In this document: positions 1 through 8,869 of the stretch, piece after piece
How positions within the stretch are numbered: the first letter of the stretch is position 1
Layout: every line of letters begins with the position of its first letter
IMG/VR virus record: IMGVR_UViG_3300037493_001856
Span: 1 to 62,362 of that record
Strand: one strand, 5' to 3'
Length of the DNA: 62,362 nt
Origin: a virus
Lineage: Duplodnaviria; Caudoviricetes
Program-made: the position numbers and the translations under genes
Notes under the pieces: model-generated
Databases searched by the model: none
Told to the model about the DNA's origin: nothing
The model's input: only the letters and a program-made list of their open reading frames with translations

Positions 1-85
1 ACAGCACTTGTGTCTTGGGTGACGTTCCTGATCTGGAATGGCGTGCTACACGGGCCGGTGAAATAGCAATGGAAATTGAACTGAT
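1..85. repeat. Terminal overlap identical to 62278..62362 (circular closure)
   Basis: The first 85 nt are identical to the last 85 nt and the gene 61873..62343 runs into the repeat. Confidence 0.97.
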
Positions 86-482
86 CCGCGATGACGATCC
101 TTCCAACAAACACAACTACGGGAAGTTGTTTGTTGATAAGCTATTCTTCGGGGAGACGCTTGAGGACAAAGATCGTTACCTTGAAACCGGAACGGAGAAA
201 GTAGATGGCGACACAGCTATACCTCGCGGGCGGTACAGAGTCACACTCTCTCCCTCGCAGAGATTTGGGCGAGTCATGCCGGAAGTTCACGATGTCCCTA
301 GATTCACTGGCGTTCGCATACATGGCGGGAACACTGAGCATAACACTCTTGGGTGTCCTCTTTTGGGCCAAACTCGCATCTCTGCCGGTGTTGCAAATTG
401 CAAGGGAGTGAATGACAGGCTTTATGTCACGCTCCAAGCGGCAGAGCAACGGAAAGAAGAAGTCTGGATAACAATCTCTTAG
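69..482 (+). CDS. DUF5675-family putative L,D-peptidase-type endolysin
   Basis: TLED...TAIPRGRY...IHGGN...LGCPLLG motifs; next to a holin; ATG at 69 preferred over 15. Confidence 0.75.
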   Translation: MEIELIRDDDPSNKHNYGKLFVDKLFFGETLEDKDRYLETGTEKVDGDTAIPRGRYRVTLSPSQRFGRVMPEVHDVPRFTGVRIHGGNTEHNTLGCPLLGQTRISAGVANCKGVNDRLYVTLQAAEQRKEEVWITIS

Positions 483-490
483 GGGGTTCC

Positions 491-1012
491 ATGAACGACA
501 CACTGAAATCATTCCTGTCTGGAATTGCACCAACGATAGCCAGTGCTTTGCTCGGCCCTCTTGGTGGCGTTGCGGTTGCAGGGCTTACCAAAGTCCTCGG
601 TATCGACGGTGGGACGGTTGCAGACGTAACCAAGGCCATCTCTGACGGGCGTGTAACCCCTGAACAGGTGGCAGAGATTCGCAAGCTGGAACTTCAGTAC
701 CAGGCCGATGAAAAGGAACGTGGGTTCCGCTACTCTGAACTAGAGTTCAAGGATAGGGATTCTGCTCGGCAGATGCAGATGACTACAAATAGTAGTACCC
801 CTACAGTTCTGACCTATATGGTAACAGTTGGGTTCTTCGCTATCCTCGGCCTGATGCTCTACGACGAGACAGTTGTTAATTCGCCACCGCTACTCATCAT
901 GCTTGGGTCACTCGGAACCGCTTGGACAGGTTGTATATCGTACTGGTTCGGTACGACAAGCAATAGCATGAACAAGACCACCCTGCTGGCTAACTCGGTG
1001 CCGTCAAAATGA
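491..1012 (+). CDS. Holin, 3TM (GTA-holin-like)
   Basis: APTIASALLGPLGG N-terminus, DRDSARQMQ, two C-terminal TM segments ending YWFG. Confidence 0.75.
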   Translation: MNDTLKSFLSGIAPTIASALLGPLGGVAVAGLTKVLGIDGGTVADVTKAISDGRVTPEQVAEIRKLELQYQADEKERGFRYSELEFKDRDSARQMQMTTNSSTPTVLTYMVTVGFFAILGLMLYDETVVNSPPLLIMLGSLGTAWTGCISYWFGTTSNSMNKTTLLANSVPSK

Positions 1013-2223
1013 GCTACATCCCGCTCCCGAACCCGTTACCGGTTTCCCTCACAGGGCAGACGCTTGGCACAGGCGATCTGACCGAAGACGCATGGGGAGT
1101 CCAGAAAGTCTCACTGCCGTACTCGCTATTCCACGGGATGTTCACCTTCGACATCCCGGCAAAGATGTGGTTCATGTACGAGGGCGGGACGCAGGTCTAT
1201 ACCTCGACGAACATCGTCTCGACTGACGGAGCGGCGGTGCTCACGACATCAGCCGGAAAGACTGCGCTGATCCTTGAGTCTCGTCTGTGTCCTCCGTATC
1301 AGCCGAATCGTGGAGTGTTGTTCTCTACTGCTGTTTGGTGTCCGAGCAAGACCGCAACAGGATGTGTCCGTGAGTGGGGTGTTCAGACAAGCGGGTCTGG
1401 CGTGTTCTTCCGGCTCAAGTCTGATGGGCTGCTTTATGCGGTTCGCAGATCGGTTGGCGTCGAAGTCGCAGAGGAAGTCATCACAACCACTGGAGTCAGT
1501 GGGTTCGACGTTCAGAAGGGCAACATCTACGACATCCAGTACCAGTGGCGCGGCGGGGGGAACTACAAGTTCTTCATCAACAACGTGCTGGTGCATACGA
1601 TGTCGCTGCTCGGCACGCTTACAGCGTTGAGCATGAGCAATCCTGCGTTGCCAATTGTGTTCAAGGCTTCCACTGCTGACGCTGGCGTAGCCAACTGTGC
1701 TATCCATATCGGATGCGCTGACATTACCTCTGAGAACGGAAGCATTACCGAGGAGCAGTGGGGGTCGGCGTATGCGGAGAATGTCGCAACCAACGGCGCT
1801 GATAAGCCGGTGCTCGTTCTCCACAATCCGTTACTGATCGGGGCAATGGTCAATACGCGAACGGCCCATCTGCGAACATCGTCGTTTAACAACACGAAGA
1901 AATGCACGTTCAAGATTTGGCGTACTCGATCCGCTGGCGACATCACCGGAGAGACTTTGGTGGCTGGCTACGGTGGGAAATACAGCCACATCCAGTCAGA
2001 CTCGACTAACATGAATGCAGGTGCGGTCAGAGCAACGGCGGTAACAGTGGCGAACCTTGAGTTCATCTACGCTGTGACGGTGGAGGCGGCGGTTCGATCT
2101 GCACAAGACTTTCCGGTCAGTCACCTTGAGTTGAATCTAGTACGCGGAGACTACATTGTCGTGACGAACGACTCGGTGAATGGGGTGAGTGATGTGGTTT
2201 TTGGCTGGGGAGAAGAGGTATAA
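1009..2223 (+). CDS. Putative virion structural protein (beta-rich)
   Basis: 404-aa ORF overlapping the holin stop (ATGA); YQP..G and IQYQWRG motifs seen in phage structural proteins. Confidence 0.45.
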   Translation: MSYIPLPNPLPVSLTGQTLGTGDLTEDAWGVQKVSLPYSLFHGMFTFDIPAKMWFMYEGGTQVYTSTNIVSTDGAAVLTTSAGKTALILESRLCPPYQPNRGVLFSTAVWCPSKTATGCVREWGVQTSGSGVFFRLKSDGLLYAVRRSVGVEVAEEVITTTGVSGFDVQKGNIYDIQYQWRGGGNYKFFINNVLVHTMSLLGTLTALSMSNPALPIVFKASTADAGVANCAIHIGCADITSENGSITEEQWGSAYAENVATNGADKPVLVLHNPLLIGAMVNTRTAHLRTSSFNNTKKCTFKIWRTRSAGDITGETLVAGYGGKYSHIQSDSTNMNAGAVRATAVTVANLEFIYAVTVEAAVRSAQDFPVSHLELNLVRGDYIVVTNDSVNGVSDVVFGWGEEV

Positions 2224-2277
2224 TGTTGAATGAAATCAATTACTTAAAGCCGAATATGCCGTGCGAGGAAATCTGAT

Positions 2278-4062
2278 ATGAGCCTACAAGACATCAAGAT
2301 TCAACCGGGCATATATTCTGACGACACGGATCGTGACGTTGGTAAGCTCGGCTATTGGACGGATGGAGACAAGGTCCGGTTCTTCGCCGGGATGCCTACG
2401 AAACTGGGAGGCTGGACACGAGGCGCGGCAGACCCAGCGTTCGTGGGTGTTGCTCGGGGCAGTCTCGATCTGAGAACCACGAGGTCGGAGGTGTTTATCG
2501 CTTTCGGTACTCACCTTAAGTGCTTTGTGTGGGCAGGAGGAGGGTATAACGACGTTACGCCCCTGCGCGCTAGCGGGCAGCTAACCGATCCGTTTTCGAC
2601 TACGGACACCTTAGCGACGGTAAGCGTTGCTGATGTTGCTCACGGGGTACTGGCAGGCGATTACGTGCACTTCGCGAATGCTACGGCGGTTGGCGGAATC
2701 ACCATCAACGGGGAGTACACGGTTACTTCTGTCACGAGTGCAGATGCCTATGCCATTACGCATTCTGCGGTAGCTACTTCGACCGCTGGCCCCGGCGGCG
2801 GCACGGTTGACTATGAGTACGAAATCCCTCCCGGAGGGGCAGACTCCGTCGCAGGGCTCGGCTGGGGCGCAGGCTCTTGGGGCGAAAGTACGTGGGGAAC
2901 ACCGCGTACAGTTACCGATTTCCTGTCGGCAGCGCGCACGTGGCAGTTTGATCAGTGGGGCGAGGATGTCATCTGCAACCCCCGACAGGGAGGCATCTAC
3001 GTCTGGGACTCATCTTCCGGGGTCAATGTTCGCGCCACGTTAATTTCGCAGGCACCGACAACCGCAAAGGGCATTCTCGTTTCTCCCGAAGACAGGCACC
3101 TGATCGCGCTTGGGGCGCACGACGGAGTGGCTGACGACCCTCTGCTTGTTCGCTGGTGTGACCAAGAAAACTATACTGACTGGACGCCTTCGCTCACCAA
3201 CACCGCCGGCGACAAGCGACTGGACACAGGCAACGAGATTCTCTGTGCGGCCAAGGTGCGCGGGGAGCACCTGATCTTTACTGACTCTGCACTGTTTACC
3301 ATGCAGTACGTCGGCCCCCCCGACACGTTCGGATTCAAGACGCTCGGAGATAACGGCAACCTTGTTGGCCCGATGGCTGCACGCGCGTTTGAGGGAATTG
3401 CGTACTGGATGGGGGACAGGGACTTTTTCATCTACGACGGTGTGGCACGAGTGCTCGAATGCTCTGTCAGAGCCCATGTTTTCGACGACTTCAACCGCGT
3501 GCAACGCGCGAAGGTATATTGCGGGGTCAATCGCGATTACCGCGAGGTGTGGTGGCTATACCCGTCCGAAGCCTCCGACGAGTGCGACAGGTACGCGATT
3601 TACAACATGCAGGATAAGCTGTGGGCGTACGGAACAATGGCGAGAACCATGCTGATCGGCGACTCTGACGTGATCAACTACGTTTACGGGTTTGGGGCAG
3701 ACAGTTACTTGTACACACATGAGACGGGCACGGATGACTATTTGACCGCAATGACCGCGTACATCGAGTCGGGAGGTATCGAGCTTGACGCAGGAGGCAA
3801 CGCGATTGCGCATATCAGCAAAATGGTTCCGGACTTCAAGACCCTTGTCGGGTCCGTGGATTTGACGTTTACCGGCAAGAAATACCCGCAGGCGACAGAG
3901 ACGCAGACCAGCGGACCCCATGCAGTTACGTCGTCGACAACATTCGTCAACCCCCGGATGCGCTGCAGACAGATTTCGATCAAAGTATCCAGTGACGGCT
4001 TGGGGGATGACTGGCGATCTGGTATGCTGCGAGTTGACCTTATTCCTCACGGAGGCAGATAA
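2278..4062 (+). CDS. Tail tubular/nozzle (DNA stabilisation) protein
   Basis: W.DGDKVRF...P.KLGGW start, WGEDVI, VRWCDQE, EVWWLYPS; typical podovirus nozzle layout. Confidence 0.7.
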   Translation: MSLQDIKIQPGIYSDDTDRDVGKLGYWTDGDKVRFFAGMPTKLGGWTRGAADPAFVGVARGSLDLRTTRSEVFIAFGTHLKCFVWAGGGYNDVTPLRASGQLTDPFSTTDTLATVSVADVAHGVLAGDYVHFANATAVGGITINGEYTVTSVTSADAYAITHSAVATSTAGPGGGTVDYEYEIPPGGADSVAGLGWGAGSWGESTWGTPRTVTDFLSAARTWQFDQWGEDVICNPRQGGIYVWDSSSGVNVRATLISQAPTTAKGILVSPEDRHLIALGAHDGVADDPLLVRWCDQENYTDWTPSLTNTAGDKRLDTGNEILCAAKVRGEHLIFTDSALFTMQYVGPPDTFGFKTLGDNGNLVGPMAARAFEGIAYWMGDRDFFIYDGVARVLECSVRAHVFDDFNRVQRAKVYCGVNRDYREVWWLYPSEASDECDRYAIYNMQDKLWAYGTMARTMLIGDSDVINYVYGFGADSYLYTHETGTDDYLTAMTAYIESGGIELDAGGNAIAHISKMVPDFKTLVGSVDLTFTGKKYPQATETQTSGPHAVTSSTTFVNPRMRCRQISIKVSSDGLGDDWRSGMLRVDLIPHGGR

Positions 4063-4463
4063 TGAGTCGCCTGCCCGCGCGATTCCCGAACTTCGGAGAT
4101 GTGTTTGACGGCAACGCGATGCGGGCGTTTATCACGCACTTGGAGAATTTGTTCGCGCGAATCGACGTTGATACGACAGGCCCAGCATATCCGGTCACTG
4201 CAGGTGCAACACTGGTGGCAAGCGACGAAGTTGTCTTGGTTGACACAACCGGAGGGAACATCACGATGGTGCTACCGGGAATATCCGACTCTATGGTCAG
4301 GACGAAACGGGAGTTTGAAGTGGTGAAAATTGCGGCTGCGAACACCATGACCCTCGACTGCACCGGGGCGGATACGATTGTTGGCGAGCCCGACGCCGTT
4401 GTAACGGAGCAGTGGACCGCCCTGCGCGTACGCGCGACAACAGGGAATTGGGTGCTGGTATGA
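4062..4463 (+). CDS. Hypothetical virion protein
   Basis: Coupled to the upstream gene (TAATG); DTTGGNIT.VLP tail-like motif. Confidence 0.55.
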   Translation: MSRLPARFPNFGDVFDGNAMRAFITHLENLFARIDVDTTGPAYPVTAGATLVASDEVVLVDTTGGNITMVLPGISDSMVRTKREFEVVKIAAANTMTLDCTGADTIVGEPDAVVTEQWTALRVRATTGNWVLV

Positions 4464-4502
4464 GCACAACTCTTGGACTGAGGATAACTGAGGAGCACCG
4501 GT

Positions 4503-6119
4503 ATGACTGATGCAGAATACTCGGCGGCAAGAGACTATTATCGCCTCGCAGCAACAGGAGCGTCTAATCAGTTTTGGGGCGGTGCAGGGGCACCATACCA
4601 GTACGATTACTACAAAGAGAATGACCCAAACACAACAGCCGATGATGTGCTCACGGGAATGGGGGAGCATGACGAGAGTGCGAGGTATACATGGGCAGGG
4701 TACAACAGCCCGCAATACGTTGCTGCACTAAATAAAGCTGCCGCAGAAAGAACAGCGCTAGATAATGCAAGACTAGCAAGCCCCGGGGCTATTGGGGCGG
4801 CGTTGTCCCGACCTGACTTGGTTGGGCTGAATAGTCTTGGAATGAGTGGTGCTGAGTTGGCGTTTTACGATCCGGCTACCCTTGCGAATAACGGCATTAG
4901 GCTAACAGCGCAACAGCAGGCCGCGAGAGATTCGCAGATTGCCAATAGCACCCCTGCTGCACAAGACGATGGAGACGGTGGTTTTGGTCCGCTGCAGCTC
5001 GCCATGCTTGCCCTCGCGATTTATTCAGGTGGTGCTTCTGCCGGATTGTGGGGCGCGGCTGAAGGTATAGGCGCAGGAGCAGCAGGAGCGTTCGACACCT
5101 TTGCAACGACTGACTTGGTAAACGCTGGCTGGAACTCAGTTACGGGATACGGGCTCAGTGCTCCCTATTCGGGTGGATTTGTAAATAACGTGATTGACGC
5201 ATTGGGAAGCCAGTTCACCCCAGAAAAGATAGGGATGAATTTCTTGACGCAGGCGGGGGGGGATGCTTTCGGTGACCTCGCTGCAGGCCGGGACATCGAC
5301 ATAGACTTTGGTCGTGCCGGAACCGGTATGATTACCGGCGGGATCGGCGGTGCGATGGGTTCTGCGGGTACTGATTTCTTCGGTGATGTTGGAATGCCGT
5401 CGTGGGCCGCGAGACCTCTTGGTGGAGCCTTTGGGCAGCTTTCCGGGGCAGTGCTCAACGGGGCAGACTTGGAGACAGCCGGGGCGAACGCTTTGATTGG
5501 CGGGGCTAGCGGGGCAATCGGTGGCGGTGTCGGTTCGCTAGACCTTGGAGGGCAAGGGTCGTTCTTGGATCAGATCAGCCCGACTGTGGCCAAAGAGCTT
5601 TCGAGCATCGTGATGCGCGGCGGAGATGCTGAAGCAGTGAAGAACGCGCTGATTGCATCGGGAGTTAACCTTGGCACGTCTGCGGCAATGCAGCAGGTCG
5701 ACAAACTGTACGCGGAACTCAAGAATTATGTTACGGACGGCGAGTCTTCAGGTGTATCGAAAGCAGCTGATTGGCTGTACGGGCAAGGCAGGGGCATGGT
5801 GGGGCAGGAGCTTGCTACGAACGCGTATGGGGAGCTTGTAGATGGGGCTACGCCGCTGCACCAGACGCCCCAACGAACTGCACAGCAACGAACTGCACAG
5901 CAACGAACTGCACAGCAGTTGGCGCAGGGAAACCGAGGTTACGGCCAGAACATGCAGAATGCCGCGCGGCTGGCGCGAGGAGGTAACCCGTACTCGTTCG
6001 GGTACGACGCAGAAGCGCAAGACGAAGAAGAATCCGCCGCTCCGCCGGGAGCCCTTGATCCGGCAATGGAAGCAATGCTGGCAGAACTTGAACTTCCCGT
6101 AGAATACGGGTATGTGTAA
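4503..6119 (+). CDS. Gly/Ala-rich putative ejection (internal virion) protein
   Basis: Glycine-zipper-like segments; follows the nozzle gene. Confidence 0.5.
   Translation: MTDAEYSAARDYYRLAATGASNQFWGGAGAPYQYDYYKENDPNTTADDVLTGMGEHDESARYTWAGYNSPQYVAALNKAAAERTALDNARLASPGAIGAALSRPDLVGLNSLGMSGAELAFYDPATLANNGIRLTAQQQAARDSQIANSTPAAQDDGDGGFGPLQLAMLALAIYSGGASAGLWGAAEGIGAGAAGAFDTFATTDLVNAGWNSVTGYGLSAPYSGGFVNNVIDALGSQFTPEKIGMNFLTQAGGDAFGDLAAGRDIDIDFGRAGTGMITGGIGGAMGSAGTDFFGDVGMPSWAARPLGGAFGQLSGAVLNGADLETAGANALIGGASGAIGGGVGSLDLGGQGSFLDQISPTVAKELSSIVMRGGDAEAVKNALIASGVNLGTSAAMQQVDKLYAELKNYVTDGESSGVSKAADWLYGQGRGMVGQELATNAYGELVDGATPLHQTPQRTAQQRTAQQRTAQQLAQGNRGYGQNMQNAARLARGGNPYSFGYDAEAQDEEESAAPPGALDPAMEAMLAELELPVEYGYV
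5871..5915 (+). repeat. In-frame tandem repeat CAACGAACTGCACAG x3 (QRTAQ)
   Basis: Read directly from the sequence. Confidence 0.9.
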
Positions 6120-6130
6120 GGAGAACTGAG

Positions 6131-7309
6131 ATGGACGAAGCGACCGCAGAATGGTTACGAGAGCAAGGAATAGACCCGTATTTTACAGGGGAGACCGCTC
6201 TTGATACGTCATCAAACACATGGGGAGAGATTGCAGGTTTAGACCCTTCCGCAAACGACGCGTATCAGCTGTTGTTGGACGAAGGATTTATACCAAATGC
6301 AGACAACAACGCGCTGCCTGACCCTGCCAATTTCGTGTACAACGACTTAATATCAGGTCTCAGCGCAGCAGACATTGCAAAGATAGTAGGGTCTCCGGCA
6401 CTAAAAGCTGCGCTTGAAGCAGCGTCTTCAGCATCGAAAAGTAAGACGTTGTTGGACACGCTTAAATCGTCGACAGGGCTTTCTAGCGCTGCACTCGGAC
6501 TCGGCGGCACAGGACTTCTTGCTACGCTCGCTGCGCTCACCAGCAAACCATCGACTACGTCTGGCAACACGACGCAGGTCAGCAGCACAGGGCAGACAAC
6601 CGCAGGTACTACAGGGCAGACAACCGCAGGAACCAGCGGGCAGACGCAGAAAGTAGGCTTCGACCAGTGGTACGAGGACATGGTCAAGGCACAGGCGGAA
6701 GGTATTCCGACGAAGGGCTACGAGTCATTTGACAAGGACATGCTCAACCTGCCGAACAACCGTGCCATCGCGGACTACATGAGTCCGTACATGGAGCAGG
6801 TGGCGAATCCGATCATGCGTCGGCAGGCTGAAGATCAAGCCGCTCAGTCGCAGAAGTTCGCGGCAGAACGCGTGTCGCGCGGAGCGTTTGGTTCCGGGCG
6901 TGCGGACATACTCTCCAACCAGATGCAGGAGCGGCAAGCCCTTGAACGGGATAACACTCTCAGCGGCATCTACAACCAAGCATTCGGCAGTGCCACGGGG
7001 CTGGCGCAGAACGACCTTAGCCGCTCCTTCGATGACTGGAAGTTGCTGCAAGCAGGCGGGACAGGAACAGTCGGACAGGCAACGGCGCAAGGTAATCTGC
7101 TCAAAGGCTTGGCTCCGGGAGCTACGACGACGGTTGCTGGTACGACGGCAGGAACCACAGCGGGCACCACAGCGGGCACTACGACGGGCACCACGGGTCA
7201 GACCGGCACGACGAGCTACACCGGGGCAGACCCGAGCCGCCTTGGCCAGCTGGCAGGCATTTCTGGCACTATCTGGGGCATGGCCAACCCGAACGGACTT
7301 AAACCATAA
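6131..7309 (+). CDS. Putative DNA-transfer/ejection protein
   Basis: YMSPYMEQV and GAFGSGRA motifs typical of podovirus pilot/ejection proteins; T/G-rich repeats. Confidence 0.6.
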   Translation: MDEATAEWLREQGIDPYFTGETALDTSSNTWGEIAGLDPSANDAYQLLLDEGFIPNADNNALPDPANFVYNDLISGLSAADIAKIVGSPALKAALEAASSASKSKTLLDTLKSSTGLSSAALGLGGTGLLATLAALTSKPSTTSGNTTQVSSTGQTTAGTTGQTTAGTSGQTQKVGFDQWYEDMVKAQAEGIPTKGYESFDKDMLNLPNNRAIADYMSPYMEQVANPIMRRQAEDQAAQSQKFAAERVSRGAFGSGRADILSNQMQERQALERDNTLSGIYNQAFGSATGLAQNDLSRSFDDWKLLQAGGTGTVGQATAQGNLLKGLAPGATTTVAGTTAGTTAGTTAGTTTGTTGQTGTTSYTGADPSRLGQLAGISGTIWGMANPNGLKP

Positions 7310-7320
7310 GGAGCGAGATC

Positions 7321-7620
7321 ATGTACGGAATGGGAGCAAAACCCCCGATGGGGGCAATATCGTCAGCACTCAAGACTGGGCAAATGCAGGCACCGCAAAC
7401 GGGCGCAGCTGCGCAAGACATGCGCGAGTTGGCAAAAGACCCTCGGTTCATTGCGCTCGCCCAGCAAGTCGGCCCCGAGATGGCGATGCAGATTTTGAAA
7501 GGGGAGCAACAACAAGGTCGCGCAGCGACATCAGCAGGTGTAGCCGCTCTTGGCCAAGCAGGACAGCAAGAAGACGCTCGGTCGCAGTTTGGGGCGATGG
7601 CAGGTAGCGCGCGAGCGTAA
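7321..7620 (+). CDS. Hypothetical protein
   Basis: RBS AAGGAG; fills the operon. Confidence 0.6.
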   Translation: MYGMGAKPPMGAISSALKTGQMQAPQTGAAAQDMRELAKDPRFIALAQQVGPEMAMQILKGEQQQGRAATSAGVAALGQAGQQEDARSQFGAMAGSARA

Positions 7621-7630
7621 GGAGAAGATC

Positions 7631-8860
7631 ATGGCAGATATTCCAGCAGACTTTTTAGATGCCCACACGCGCCAGCAAGCAGGTCTCGCAGCACTAGGTC
7701 TTGCGCCTACCGAAGACGGGAGCGGGCTCGGAATGCTGGATAGGTTGCGCATGACGCTGAGTCGTGCAGCGGGGGGGAACTGGTCTCCTGATGCTACAGC
7801 GGAGGCGTCCGCAACAGCAAGTGCAGCTCCTCCTTCTGTTACCCCGGAAGCGATGGAGTTGTTCGGATACGCCCCGTTGACGGCAGCAAAAAATGCGCTG
7901 ACCGAAAAGGGGCCAGCAAGCAGGCCTGCAAGTCGTGGCCCTGCCGGGAACCGTGTTGGTGTTGCTGCACCAAACGCCGAGTTTGAGGCCTTGATGAAGC
8001 GGAAGCTGGCGTCTGCAGAAGCGGAAGCAGGGTTACTCGGCAAAGCTGCAGCAGACACGAAGGTATCTGACTGGGCCAACAAGCGCCGTGAGTTCGACAA
8101 AACGAACGTCCTCAATGTACCAGACCCGATGAACTCCCGTGCGATCTCCGACGCGATGATTGCGTTCGGCGGGAAGCTGCTAGCCTCTGAAGGGCGTGAT
8201 GTGGGTGGCGGTGTGCAGGAGGGCGGCAAAGCGTGGATGGCAGGACGCAACCGTAACGAAGATCAGGCAAGCAAAGAACGGGACTTCCGGCTCAAGTCCT
8301 TCATGGATACGATGGGGCTGGAGCAGAAGGATGTCGAGAGCTTGACAGCGAAAGACAAGGCTGTTCTTGCCGCAGCCATATCGGGCATACAGGCCAAGGA
8401 TGTGGACATCACATCGAGACTCGACTACGCGAAAGAAGGCCGCAAAGAAGCTCACGAGCTGGAGAAGGTGGATCGTCAGGGGCAGTGGACGGTCAGAGGA
8501 CATGAAGCGGGCAAGACTCCGAAGGAAGACCCCGTCGCGTTGCTTGAGCGTCTGGGTAAAAAACTCGGTGGCGTGGAAGCCGCGATTGCCGCGCAAGGAG
8601 GCAAAGCATCGCCCGAGCAGGAGTTCCTTCGTCGGGGGCTACACGGGCTGACTAAGGATGACCGTGAGCCAAAGGCCGAGAAGCTCGACCAAGCGGCGTA
8701 CGACGCATCACTTGCCCGTCTTTCTGCTATGAAAGTAGGGAAAGGGAAAGACCCTGTACCTAAAGCAGTACAGCTGGAGATTGCTGAAGGGGTCGGTAGA
8801 GGCCGACTTGATCCTGCGCGGATAGAGGAGTATGTTAAAGCTCGCTGGCCAGTACAATAA
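7631..8860 (+). CDS. Putative internal virion protein
   Basis: RBS AAGGAG before ATG 7631; helical, charged; within the ejection cluster. Confidence 0.55.
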   Translation: MADIPADFLDAHTRQQAGLAALGLAPTEDGSGLGMLDRLRMTLSRAAGGNWSPDATAEASATASAAPPSVTPEAMELFGYAPLTAAKNALTEKGPASRPASRGPAGNRVGVAAPNAEFEALMKRKLASAEAEAGLLGKAAADTKVSDWANKRREFDKTNVLNVPDPMNSRAISDAMIAFGGKLLASEGRDVGGGVQEGGKAWMAGRNRNEDQASKERDFRLKSFMDTMGLEQKDVESLTAKDKAVLAAAISGIQAKDVDITSRLDYAKEGRKEAHELEKVDRQGQWTVRGHEAGKTPKEDPVALLERLGKKLGGVEAAIAAQGGKASPEQEFLRRGLHGLTKDDREPKAEKLDQAAYDASLARLSAMKVGKGKDPVPKAVQLEIAEGVGRGRLDPARIEEYVKARWPVQ

Positions 8861-8869
8861 GGACGTGAG

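Noticed and set aside
1-85. 85-bp end repeat as a biological direct terminal repeat
   Set aside because: It falls inside coding sequence of the lysis region; most simply an assembly overlap from a circular or permuted genome
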